A stretch of DNA of 64,000 nucleotides, from positions 480,001-544,000 of the forward strand of contig CAVVPN010000004.1 of NCBI GenBank assembly GCA_963750165.1, given 5' to 3'. Below the pieces are notes generated by a model. That model did no database searches and was not told the origin of the DNA. It saw only the letters and a program-made list of their open reading frames with translations. Below are positions 29,118 to 38,352 of this stretch, in pieces; the stretch's first letter is position 1, and each line of letters starts with the position of its first letter. Position numbers and translations under genes: made by a program. Source of the DNA: an uncultured Gemmataceae bacterium. GTDB taxonomy: Bacteria > Planctomycetota > Planctomycetia > Gemmatales > Gemmataceae.

Positions 29118-29408
29118 ATGGTTGTTGAGATCGTATTCCGGAACCGGAATGGGATCTATGACAACCCCCAACCACCTATCCAAGATGGTGCCCCAATAAT
29201 CCTGGTGCAAAGAGGGGTAGCTCTCGTTGGGCAATGGTGTGCTGAGGTTGGGGGATTCATCCACCCGAGCAACCAACGCGAACTTGAGAAAGAAGCCTTG
29301 CGTGCGATCCTGACCGCGTACCCCGAAGTGGATCTCACTGCCAATGAGATTCAAACCTTCACCTGTCCTGACTCGATTTCCGGTCGGTTCAACTGGAACT
29401 GGGATTGA
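29118..29408 (+). CDS. Hypothetical protein upstream of vapD (antitoxin candidate)
   Basis: Lower GC than flanks; ends 17 bp before vapD. Confidence 0.6.
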   Translation: MVVEIVFRNRNGIYDNPQPPIQDGAPIILVQRGVALVGQWCAEVGGFIHPSNQRELEKEALRAILTAYPEVDLTANEIQTFTCPDSISGRFNWNWD

Positions 29409-29425
29409 AACAGGAGTCTACCTCC

Positions 29426-29803
29426 ATGACAGTCGCGGCCATACCGGCACCACAGTCCCAGATCCGCCAGGGATTGCCCGCTGACGTTCGGAGGGCCGGC
29501 CGCGTGTACGCCATCGCGTTCGACATGGACATTGACGCGCTCCGCACCAACTACGGCGACCCGTACAACAACGCCTATCTCGAAATCCGCCGCGTTCTGC
29601 AGCGGCACGGTTTCGCCTGGCAGCAGGGCAGTGTTTACTTCGGCGGTGAGGCCGTGACGGCGGTTACCTGCGTGCTGGCCGCCCAGGATCTCGCCCGGTC
29701 GCTGCCGTGGTTCGCGGCGTCGGTGCGGGACATTCGCATGCTGCGGATCGAAGAATTGAATGATCTGATGCCGGCCGTGCAGCAGGTCAGCGGGCAGCCC
29801 TGA
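29426..29803 (+). CDS. vapD: VapD family Cas2-like endoribonuclease
   Basis: YAIAFDMD, AY.EIRR.L..HGF..QQGSVY, PWFAASVRDIRMLRIEE.NDL. Confidence 0.88.
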   Translation: MTVAAIPAPQSQIRQGLPADVRRAGRVYAIAFDMDIDALRTNYGDPYNNAYLEIRRVLQRHGFAWQQGSVYFGGEAVTAVTCVLAAQDLARSLPWFAASVRDIRMLRIEELNDLMPAVQQVSGQP

Positions 29804-29812
29804 ATACTATTG

Positions 29813-29898
29813 AGCGGTCGGCCCCCGCTAACCCGTTTACGTTTCGCGCGGATTGAAAGTCACGCGAAACGTAAACGGGTCAGCGGGGGCCGGCCGCT
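29813..29898. repeat. 86-bp palindrome
   Basis: ggcccccgct.acccgtttacgtttcgcg / cgcgaaacgtaaacgggt.agcgggggcc. Confidence 0.85.
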
Positions 29899-29908
29899 TG
29901 AATCAACC

Positions 29909-30910
29909 TCACTTCTTCTCCACCACCCAGATGTTGCGGTAGTACACCGGGTTGCCGTGGTTCTGCAACTGGATCGGCCCCGGCGTGTTCGCCTCCTTCT
30001 GGCCGCCGGCCGTCGGCCCTTGCAACTCGAAGTCCTTGTGGATCACCCCACCGTTGTGCAGCACCGTCACCCTGGCCCGCTGTGCCCGCTTGCCGTCGCT
30101 GTCGAAGCTCGCCGCGGTGAAGTCGATGTCATACGTCTGCCACTGCAACGGCGGCAGGCACATGTTCACCATCGGCCCCGCCTGCTGGTAGAAGCCGCCG
30201 CACTCATTGTTCGCGCCGCGCAGGCCGAAGCTGTCCAGCACCTGCAATTCGTAGCGGTCCTGCAGATACACGCCGCTGTTGCCGCGGTCCTGGCCGCGGG
30301 CGTACGGCATGAACGGCGTGCGGAACTCCAGGTGCATCCGGAAGCTCCTGAACTTCTTCTTGCTGACAATGTTGCCCGGCGCCAGCGGACTGAGCAGGTT
30401 GCCCTCCACCACCTTGCCGCGCAGCCACTCGTCCGCGTTTTTGCCGTCGAACAGCACCACGGCATCCTGCGGCGGCTTCTGGCCCAGCGTCGGACTCTTG
30501 CGCTCGGTGCGGTTCAGGTCGAATTCCGTCGTGCCGCCGCCGCCGGTCAGCCGGCCGTTCGCGATCTTGCCCGTGAACCCCTTGCCCTTGACCACCACCT
30601 GGGCGCCGTCCGTGCTCGCCTGGCCGCCGAAGCGGTGGGTGCCGTCCCAGCCGGCGCCCGGCAAACCGCCCTGGAAAATCACCACGTCGAATTTGCCGCC
30701 GCCCAGCGCCACCACCTGGGCGCCGCACTTCTCCACCACATCCTTGATCTTGAGCTTGCCCGTGTACTCGCCCTGGATGCGGTAGTCCGGCCCTGCCTTG
30801 GCCGGGTCGGTGAACGTCCGACTCTCTTGCTTCGGCTGCTTCTGGCCGCCCTCCGAGGACAGCCCCGCCAGCGCCAGCACCGCCGCTGTTCCCAGTAACC
30901 ATCGGCTCAT
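29909..30910 (-). CDS. DUF1080 / 3-keto-disaccharide hydrolase domain protein, exported
   Basis: VVLFDG, HLEFR, GNSGVY, YELQVLDS, WQTYDIDF, LQNHGNPV.YRNIW. Confidence 0.88.
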   Translation of the reverse strand: MSRWLLGTAAVLALAGLSSEGGQKQPKQESRTFTDPAKAGPDYRIQGEYTGKLKIKDVVEKCGAQVVALGGGKFDVVIFQGGLPGAGWDGTHRFGGQASTDGAQVVVKGKGFTGKIANGRLTGGGGTTEFDLNRTERKSPTLGQKPPQDAVVLFDGKNADEWLRGKVVEGNLLSPLAPGNIVSKKKFRSFRMHLEFRTPFMPYARGQDRGNSGVYLQDRYELQVLDSFGLRGANNECGGFYQQAGPMVNMCLPPLQWQTYDIDFTAASFDSDGKRAQRARVTVLHNGGVIHKDFELQGPTAGGQKEANTPGPIQLQNHGNPVYYRNIWVVEKK

Positions 30911-31039
30911 GATGCGCCTCCCTTGATGTTTCGGCCGGGCCGCCTCTTGACGACGCCGACTCTGTCCGTCATTCTCATATTGTCCCCGACTGGGCCTACC
31001 TAACATCCTACCAACGCTCCGCCCCGTGAGGAACCTGCC

Positions 31040-32326
31040 TTGAACCGCTGCCGTATCGCACTGTTGAGCCTGTTGTTCGTGCCCCTGCTGCCGGCCGTCG
31101 CCACCGCTGAGGACTGGCCCGGCTGGCGCGGCCCCCGTCTCGACGGCACCTCCGCCGAGAAAAATCTGCCGCTGCGCTGGAGCGCCACCGAGAACGTCGC
31201 CTGGAAAACGCCACTGCCCGGCGTCGGCCACTCCTCGCCCGCCATTCAGGGCGACCGCGTCTTTATCACCACCTGCATCCTCGACAAGCTGCAGCGCGTG
31301 CTGCTCTGCCTCGACCGCCGCGACGGCAAAATCCTCTGGCAGCGCGTCGTCGTCACGGCGCCGCTGGAGCGCAAACACAAGCTCAACAGCTTCGCCAGTT
31401 CGACGCCGGCCGCCGACGGCAGGCACGTCTACGTCACCTTCCTGAACAAGACGGACGCGGTCGTCGCCTGTTACGACTACAACGGCGACCTGGTGTGGAG
31501 CAAATCGCCCGGCCAGTTTTTCTCGCCGCACGGCTTCTGCAGCTCGCCGATTCTTTACAAGGACAAGGTGATCGTTAATCTCGACCAGGATCCGATGCCG
31601 GGCAAGAAGAAGCAGAACGAGGTTGGCTACATCGTGGCGCTGGACCGCGCGACCGGCGCGGAACGCTGGCGCATCGACCGGCCGCACCGCACGCGCTCGT
31701 ACTGCGCCCCGCTGATCGTCGCGGCGGCCGGGCGGAGGCAGCTGGTGCTGTCGGGCAGCAAGTGCTTCGCCAGCTACGACCCGGACACGGGCAAACTGCT
31801 CTGGATCATGGACGGGCCGACGGAGCAGTTCGTCGCATCGCCGGTCTACGGCAACGGCCTGATCTTCCTGACGGCCGGCTTTCCGACCTTCCACAACCTG
31901 GCGGTGCGGCCGGACGGCAGCGGCAACATCACGAAGACGCACGTCGCCTGGCACGAGAGCAAGGTGCGCAAGGAGTGGGCGTCGTATGTGCCGTCGCCGA
32001 TCGCGCACGGGCCGTGGTTCTTCGTCGTTTCGGACCTGGGCATGGTCCACTGCTTCGAGGCGAAGACGGGCAAGCGGCTGTGGCAGCGGCAACTGGGCGA
32101 CCACCACAGCGCTTCGCCGGTCAGCGCCGACGGCTACCTCTACTTCATCGCCGATGACGGTGTGACGCACGTCTTCAAGGCGAGCGACCGCTTCGAGCCG
32201 GTGGCGCAGAACGACCTGGGCGAGGAGTGCTACACGTCGCCGGCGATCTCGCGCGGCCAGCTGTTCATTCGCACGCAGCATCATTTGTGGTGCATCGGCA
32301 CGCCGCGCGGCGCCGGGGCGAAATGA
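31040..32326 (+). CDS. PQQ-binding-like beta-propeller protein (BamB-like)
   Basis: EDWPGWRGP, WKTPLPGVGHSSP, ASSTP, SPAIS..LFIRT. Confidence 0.88.
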   Translation: MNRCRIALLSLLFVPLLPAVATAEDWPGWRGPRLDGTSAEKNLPLRWSATENVAWKTPLPGVGHSSPAIQGDRVFITTCILDKLQRVLLCLDRRDGKILWQRVVVTAPLERKHKLNSFASSTPAADGRHVYVTFLNKTDAVVACYDYNGDLVWSKSPGQFFSPHGFCSSPILYKDKVIVNLDQDPMPGKKKQNEVGYIVALDRATGAERWRIDRPHRTRSYCAPLIVAAAGRRQLVLSGSKCFASYDPDTGKLLWIMDGPTEQFVASPVYGNGLIFLTAGFPTFHNLAVRPDGSGNITKTHVAWHESKVRKEWASYVPSPIAHGPWFFVVSDLGMVHCFEAKTGKRLWQRQLGDHHSASPVSADGYLYFIADDGVTHVFKASDRFEPVAQNDLGEECYTSPAISRGQLFIRTQHHLWCIGTPRGAGAK

Positions 32327-32341
32327 GGCAGGAGGTCGCTG

Positions 32342-33373
32342 GTGGATGACTACGACGCCTTCGTGGACGCCCTCCGCAGCGACCGCGGCAACGACGCCCT
32401 GTTCCTGGTGTTCGCCGACTGGCTCGAAGAGCACAGCGACCCGCGCGCCGATCTGGTGCGCTGGCAGGTCGCGCGCGCCCGCCTCGCCGTGGACGACCCC
32501 GTCGCGCTCGACCTGGACCGCTGTGAACAGGACTGGCTCCGGGAACATGGGGCGCTGCTGCTGGGCGAACTGGAGCCGCACGCCCTCGACTGGCGGCTGG
32601 AGCGCGGCTTCGTGGCCGAGGCGACGGTGGAGGTGTCGGTATACCTGGAGCGGGCCGAGGCGCTGTGCCAGGCGGCGCCGCTGGCGCGATTCCGCGTGGT
32701 GACCGACCGGCAGTGCGACGCGGACGGCAACGAGCTGCTGCGCTGCCTGGCGGAACTGCCGCAGCTGGGCCGCGTCCACGCGCTGGAGGTGCAGCGCTGC
32801 GCCGTGGATGCGGAGGGTGTGGCGGCGCTGGTGGCGGCCGGCGGCCTGGACGGGCTGGTATTTCTGGACCTGAGTCACAACCTGCTGGGTGACGTGGGGC
32901 CGCAGGCGCTGGCGTGGTCGCCGCGGCTGGCGCGGCTGGAGACGCTGGTGCTGCGGCACAGCCTGATCGGCGACCGGGGGCTGGAGGCACTGGCCCGCGC
33001 GCCGTATTTGGGCCGGCTGGAAGTGCTGGACCTGGAGGGCAACAGTGTCAGCGACCTGGGGCTGGCGGCGCTGGCCGATGCGCCGTTACTGCCGCGACTG
33101 ACGACGCTGGACCTGAGAAACAACATGGTGAGCGACCTGGGCGTGCAGGCGCTGGTCGCGGCGGAGCAGCTGGAGGGACTGACGGGCCTGGACCTGGGCG
33201 GCAACCACATCACCAACGCGGGGGCGGCGCTGCTGGCGGGCTGTGTCGGGCTGCGGCACCTGCGCGGCCTGGACCTGGGCGGCAATCATCTGACCGGGGC
33301 CGGCTGGGGCGAACTGCGGCAGTCGCCGTACCTGGGCCATCTCTTCCACGACCGCCATACCCGCGACGCTTGA
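32342..33373 (+). CDS. TIGR02996-domain protein with leucine-rich repeats
   Basis: LVFADWLEEHSDPRADL; LDLxxNxI repeats. Confidence 0.88.
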   Translation: MDDYDAFVDALRSDRGNDALFLVFADWLEEHSDPRADLVRWQVARARLAVDDPVALDLDRCEQDWLREHGALLLGELEPHALDWRLERGFVAEATVEVSVYLERAEALCQAAPLARFRVVTDRQCDADGNELLRCLAELPQLGRVHALEVQRCAVDAEGVAALVAAGGLDGLVFLDLSHNLLGDVGPQALAWSPRLARLETLVLRHSLIGDRGLEALARAPYLGRLEVLDLEGNSVSDLGLAALADAPLLPRLTTLDLRNNMVSDLGVQALVAAEQLEGLTGLDLGGNHITNAGAALLAGCVGLRHLRGLDLGGNHLTGAGWGELRQSPYLGHLFHDRHTRDA

Positions 33374-33399
33374 GTGCGCCACGGAGCGGCGGTCGGTAA

Positions 33400-33576
33400 G
33401 GCCGGATACCACAGCAAATTCCCCGCAATGAAGACGTTGGGGTCGCCGGCGAAGACGGCCTCCAGGCCATGCTTGATGGTGACGATCCACTCCCATTGCA
33501 GCGTATTGTCAGCCATGGGCAGTCCATCGTCTTCGGGGTACTCGATCTCCGCGGTCGGCGTTGCGGGGGTGCTCAT
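33400..33576 (-). pseudogene. Truncated Uma2-family endonuclease (N-terminal fragment)
   Basis: YPEDDGLPMADNTLQWEWI...VFIAGNLLWYP, then similarity is lost before the PD motif. Confidence 0.75.
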
Positions 33577-33774
33577 GGGAATGTTTCTGGAAGGTGTGGG
33601 AGCGCTGAACCACAACCGCATTTTACCCCGTGGGCCGCCGACGGTGATAGGCCAGGTGGTTTCGGACGGCGTCAACCCTCCACGCGCTGGCTGCCCAGTT
33701 GCCAACGCTGTGTTATTATTTCTTTGGCGGCAGATGATCACCCTGCTTAATCGCGGTACAGAGAGAGGACATTC

Positions 33775-34530
33775 ATGAACAACCACGAGTTCGCTGCCGG
33801 AGCGGTCATCTTCCGCGTCGGCGACCCGGGCACGCGCGCCTACCTGATCCACACGGGCAATGTGGAGTTGCTCCGCGGTGGTGCCGACCACCCGGTGCGG
33901 CTGGCGCTGCTGGGCCCGGGTGAGGTCTTCGGCGAAATGAGTCTGGTCGAGGAGCGGCCGCACAGCCTGACCGCGCGGGCGGTGCGCGCGGTCGTGGCCG
34001 AGGGCATGACGCGCGACGAGTTCGAGCGAGCGCTCACCGCCGACCCGGCAAAGTTCCGCGTCTACCTGCGGGCGCTGTTCGAGCGGCTCCGCACCATGGC
34101 GGCCCAGGCCGGCAGCCTGGCGCTCGCTGGCCCGGTGTGCGTGGCACCAAGCGTCAGCATCCATCCGCTGACCCGCCGCGCCGCGGCGACGCTGCCCATC
34201 GACGGTCTGACCGTCACCAAGTTTCCGTTCCGCATCGGCCGCGCCGACCAGCAGCACGAATGGGACGCCGCCGACCTCAACGACCTGTGGCTGATCGATC
34301 AGGTGCCGTTCAACGTCTCGCGCACCCACGCTCAGCTCGACCTGCAGGACGGCGCCGTCGTGATCCGGGACCGCGGTTCACGCCTGGGGATCTACGTCAA
34401 CGAACAATCCATCGGCGGCGCCAGCCTTCACTGGCAGTCGGTGCTCGAGGATGGCGACAACGTCGTCATCCTCGGCGGCTCGCTGTCGCCGTACCAGTTT
34501 CGCGTCCATGTCGAACACAGTAAGCCATGA
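33775..34530 (+). CDS. Cyclic nucleotide-binding + FHA domain protein
   Basis: IFRVGDPG, FGEMSL; FHA motifs IGR, VSRTHA, SRLGIYVN. Confidence 0.85.
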   Translation: MNNHEFAAGAVIFRVGDPGTRAYLIHTGNVELLRGGADHPVRLALLGPGEVFGEMSLVEERPHSLTARAVRAVVAEGMTRDEFERALTADPAKFRVYLRALFERLRTMAAQAGSLALAGPVCVAPSVSIHPLTRRAAATLPIDGLTVTKFPFRIGRADQQHEWDAADLNDLWLIDQVPFNVSRTHAQLDLQDGAVVIRDRGSRLGIYVNEQSIGGASLHWQSVLEDGDNVVILGGSLSPYQFRVHVEHSKP

Positions 34531-34609
34531 TCCACAGATGGCACAGCTGGCACAGATAAAAAACCAATTAAGAGGTCTTTATCTGTGCCAGCTGTGTCAT
34601 CTGTGGATC
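34529..34609. repeat. CACAGAT-periodic palindrome
   Basis: Same family as 14479-14553. Confidence 0.85.
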
Positions 34610-34618
34610 GAATTCTTC

Positions 34619-36583
34619 TCAGCCGTCCACCACCGAATCGAACACGCGCACCCCCGCCCAGTTGTCCTGGTTCTCGGCGATGAACTGCTCGTGCCGCGGC
34701 GCCTCCTGATACTGGTCGTGCGCCGCCTGCTCGGTGAAGACCAGGTGCAGCGCCACGTCGAAGTCGCGGACGTTCACCGCACGGTCGAGCGCCTCTGCCA
34801 GCGTGCCCGCCGCGAAGAACAACGTGCCGGGGTGCCCCGTCAGATACTGCTTGCACGCCGCCACCAACTTCGCCTTCGCCGCGGCGGAACGGTCCTTCAG
34901 CGCGAAATAAACGTTGTGTACCAGCATGTTCAGCGCCTCCGGTTTGGGAAGGGGATTGACCACCGCTTGCAGGTGCTCCCAGCTCCGCAGGAACAGGTCC
35001 TGGGCGTGGTTCTGTTCCGCCTCGTTCAGCGGGGCGTTACTTTCCGCGAACAACTGCAACTGGTAGATGGGCCCGGGCGGGTCCACGGCGTCCGCGCTCG
35101 TCGTGCCGTGCCAGCGGTCCAGCAAGCGGCGGATGGCCTGTTCGTGCCGGCCGAGGGACAACTCCGTCCCACCGATGCGGGGATGCAAGGGACGGCCGCC
35201 GCGGTCGAACTCCGCGAACACCAGGTAGCCCGAACGGTGGCCGGGTTTGACCAGCCAGACCACCCCGTATTCGACGGGCGTCGCGCCGCCGCTGCGATAC
35301 GTCTGTTGCTTTTCGACGACCCAGCCCTGGGAGGTGTAACAGCGCGTCAGGTCGTGCCACCCCGGGAACGGATAGTCCAGGGACAGGATGGCCTGCTGCC
35401 CCCCCTGACGGTAGGACCACACGCCGGAGAATTCGCCGAAGGCACTGCCGGCATTGCGGTTCGCTCTGGAGAACTGTTCACGCTGCCAGCCCCCCAGCTG
35501 CTCCGGGAGCGTGTCCTGGTTCAGCCGCTCCACGACCGGGCCGACGCGATCCTCCGCCGCGGTGCCGGTGCCCTCCGCCGCCGGGCCGTTCAGGAACACG
35601 CCCAGCACGCCCAGCGCCCCGAACGCGGCCGTCGTCACCCAGGGGCCGAGTCCGAGTCCGGCCGCCTCCGGCGCCGGCGCTTCGCCCGGCGTCGGCTCCG
35701 GTGCCGGGCGCGCCCTGCCCCCCCCGGCCAGCAACGCCAGCAAGCGGTCGCTGCTCCAGACCAGCAGCAGCACCAGGCCGAACAGCCCCAGGCCCAGAGC
35801 GTCGTGGCGCCAGCCGCTCGCCAGGTCGATGCCGCGCCGCGAGAACAGGTAGGCGATGACCACCACCCGGGTCACGTTGGCCGCCAGGACCCAGACCACC
35901 GCCGCGGCCAGCAACAGCAGCCCCCAGAGCAGCGGCCGACGAACCCAGAACACGAACAGCAACGTACACGCCACGACCGAAAACAGCGAGTTGATGCCGG
36001 CGCAGGCCTCCTCGACCAGCAGCCGGCGGCCGCTGATTTCCACCACATGGCCGTCCATGACGTGGAAGATACCCAGCAGGTCCAGCACCCCGCTGCTGCA
36101 ACCGCTGGTGAACGATTGCAGACCGAGGATCAGGTTGCGGTCCAGCTCAAACGGCGGCGGCACGACGAGCCACAACAGCACCCAGGCCGGCAACGCCAGA
36201 CGGAACAGCCGCAGACCGCCCACCCCGACCAGGACCGCCGCCAGCAGCACCAAAGCGGCGATCGTCCCGAGCCAGGAAGAGTTGAGCAGCACCGCCGTCG
36301 CCGTCAACAGCCAGGCCAGTGCCCCGAGGCTGTAACCCAGGCCGCGGTTGCCGGGGGGCAGCTGCCTGAGCGCGTGCAGCCGCTGCCAGGCGAGGGCGGC
36401 CGCTCCGAGCAGCACCACGGGGAAGAACTGGTAGTGCGGCCGCAGCCACAGCTGCCGGCCGTGGCTCAGCAGCAGCGGCACCAGGGCCACCGCCACGGCC
36501 AGCGCCGCGGCCACCACCGGCCAGGATATGGGAGGCCCTTTGCCCTGTTCGGCCTCGTGTACGGGAGTTTCAACGCTCGACAT
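34619..36583 (-). CDS. Exosortase U, in-frame with a C-terminal Dabb (stress-responsive A/B barrel) domain
   Basis: HYQFFP, VEEACAGINSL, NVTR, WRHD triad, WHDLTRCY; MLVHNVYF...YQEAPRH..RVFDS. Confidence 0.8.
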   Translation of the reverse strand: MSSVETPVHEAEQGKGPPISWPVVAAALAVAVALVPLLLSHGRQLWLRPHYQFFPVVLLGAAALAWQRLHALRQLPPGNRGLGYSLGALAWLLTATAVLLNSSWLGTIAALVLLAAVLVGVGGLRLFRLALPAWVLLWLVVPPPFELDRNLILGLQSFTSGCSSGVLDLLGIFHVMDGHVVEISGRRLLVEEACAGINSLFSVVACTLLFVFWVRRPLLWGLLLLAAAVVWVLAANVTRVVVIAYLFSRRGIDLASGWRHDALGLGLFGLVLLLVWSSDRLLALLAGGGRARPAPEPTPGEAPAPEAAGLGLGPWVTTAAFGALGVLGVFLNGPAAEGTGTAAEDRVGPVVERLNQDTLPEQLGGWQREQFSRANRNAGSAFGEFSGVWSYRQGGQQAILSLDYPFPGWHDLTRCYTSQGWVVEKQQTYRSGGATPVEYGVVWLVKPGHRSGYLVFAEFDRGGRPLHPRIGGTELSLGRHEQAIRRLLDRWHGTTSADAVDPPGPIYQLQLFAESNAPLNEAEQNHAQDLFLRSWEHLQAVVNPLPKPEALNMLVHNVYFALKDRSAAAKAKLVAACKQYLTGHPGTLFFAAGTLAEALDRAVNVRDFDVALHLVFTEQAAHDQYQEAPRHEQFIAENQDNWAGVRVFDSVVDG

Positions 36584-36646
36584 GAGGACACTCGGGGTTG
36601 TGGTGATTGCCGGCGAACCGAGGGTGTCGGCGACCGAAGGGCGCGG

Positions 36647-38179
36647 TCAACCCTTGGTTTTGGACCTGGCGGCCAGCTGGTCGGCCCGGCTCCGGTGCCT
36701 GGCGGCCAGGTCGGGCACGTCCAGGTGCTCGTACACCGTGGCCAACCGGCGGTGCAGGGCGGGGTTATCCGGGGTCTTGCTCACGGCCGCCAGCAGGTCC
36801 GGGAGGGCCTCCTCCCATTTCCCCATTTTAATGTAAATCTGGCCGCGCGTGTCGCGGTAGTTGGGCTGGTCGGTTTTCTTCAGCACCTGGTTGATGATCT
36901 GCAGGGCACGCGGCAGGTCAGGCGGGTCGGCGTCCGCCAGGTGCATGGCCAGGGTGTTGGCGACCTCGATCAGGTGGGGAGCCAGCTGATACGCCTGCTT
37001 CCAGTAGACGCCCGCCTGTTTCTTGTCGCCGCGCTGCCAGGCGTCCACGCCGAGGGCGAAGTGGGCGACGCCCTGGGCCTTGCCGTCGGTCAGCAAGCCC
37101 TGCAAGGCGGCGCGGGCCTTGTCGGCGTCCGGCCCCTTGGCGGTCGCGGCGGCCAGCAAGCGATTCACCAGCACCAGGTTGGTCGGGTCATTGGCCAGCC
37201 CCTTCTCGACCAGCCCCAGTTGATCCTGGGCCTTTTCCCCCTTCACCTGGACCTGATAATCGCACCAGTCGGCGTAGACCTGGGCGAGCGCCTGTTTGTA
37301 GAGGGGGGCCTTGGTGGTGTTCCAGCCCCCCTCCAGGATGGTCACCGCTTCCTCGAATTGCCGCAGGACCAGGACAGCCCGCATCCAGTGGACGCGGGCC
37401 GCGTGGTCGTAAACGTTCGTCTTGACCCGTCCCTGGAACACCTTGATCGCCGACTGGGCCTGGGCGCGGGCGCTCTCCAGGTTGCCGCGGGCGTAGTACA
37501 ACTGGGCCAGGGGGACGCGAAACTCCGGTAGCGTCCGGGCCGCCCGCAGCAGGTACGGTTCCGCCAGGTCCGGTTGGCCCTCCGCCCAGTACACGCTGCC
37601 GAGCAAGCCGTGGGCCAGTTCGCGGTTCTTCACCTCGCCCTGCAGGGCCCGCAGCAGGTGGGCCAGGGCGATCTGACGCAACGCCTTCGTCTCCGGAGTG
37701 ATCTGGAGCGTGCGCACCGCGAACCACAGGTGCGCTTCACCGTAGCCCTGGCGGTCCGGCGGCGCCAGCTGCCGCATGACCAGCCTGGTGCGCTCCGTCT
37801 GGCCCAGAGCCTCGGCCGTCAGCGCCAGTTCGTAGAGGACTTCCGGCCGCTCCGGGTTCTGGGCGCACACCCGCTCGAAGCAGGTCATGGCCAGAGCATA
37901 TTCCCCGGCCCGGTAGGCGGCTCGGCCCTGTTCCAGGTAGCGCGACTCAACCTCGTGGGCCGGAGCCGTCAGACTGAACGCCGCCAGCACGATCAGCCCA
38001 ACGCCGGCGAGCAGCGCCGGCAATCCTTGCAGGAACAGGCGGAACGTCACGCCGCGAAACCACAGCCGGCAGCGCCGCCATGAACCTGTCAGCAGGTGGC
38101 TCAGCGGCCGCGTGAAGTGCTGGTTCCAGGCACGTCCCCAGCCCCGCAGCCGGCGCGCCATTCGCGAAAGGGATTTCAT
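36647..38179 (-). CDS. Membrane-anchored TPR protein
   Basis: N-terminal TM, TPR repeats, NYRDTRGQI. Confidence 0.85.
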   Translation of the reverse strand: MKSLSRMARRLRGWGRAWNQHFTRPLSHLLTGSWRRCRLWFRGVTFRLFLQGLPALLAGVGLIVLAAFSLTAPAHEVESRYLEQGRAAYRAGEYALAMTCFERVCAQNPERPEVLYELALTAEALGQTERTRLVMRQLAPPDRQGYGEAHLWFAVRTLQITPETKALRQIALAHLLRALQGEVKNRELAHGLLGSVYWAEGQPDLAEPYLLRAARTLPEFRVPLAQLYYARGNLESARAQAQSAIKVFQGRVKTNVYDHAARVHWMRAVLVLRQFEEAVTILEGGWNTTKAPLYKQALAQVYADWCDYQVQVKGEKAQDQLGLVEKGLANDPTNLVLVNRLLAAATAKGPDADKARAALQGLLTDGKAQGVAHFALGVDAWQRGDKKQAGVYWKQAYQLAPHLIEVANTLAMHLADADPPDLPRALQIINQVLKKTDQPNYRDTRGQIYIKMGKWEEALPDLLAAVSKTPDNPALHRRLATVYEHLDVPDLAARHRSRADQLAARSKTKG

Positions 38180-38352
38180 GCTCGCTGCTGTGCCCCGGTG
38201 TCCGTCTCTGGGAAGGAATTTGCTCAACTCAAATTGTATGAAGGTATTTCCAGAGCAGATGAGTCTGCGGTGAAGATTGTATGAGGAGGCGGCAGAACCC
38301 GCATCCCCCACCCCCTTACCTCGCCTTGTGAGAAGACCCGCGTTGCGGTATC

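Noticed and set aside
29426..29803. cas2 / CRISPR-Cas locus
   Set aside because: Motifs fit VapD; no cas1 or array nearby
29909..32959. 1016-aa minus-strand ORF
   Set aside because: Only the last 333 aa (DUF1080) are credible; the rest is antisense shadow of the PQQ and TIGR02996 genes
34451..37531. 1026-aa plus-strand ORF, and similar long antisense ORFs (47622-49571, 55234-57252, 58232-60385)
   Set aside because: GC-rich shadow frames opposite well-supported genes
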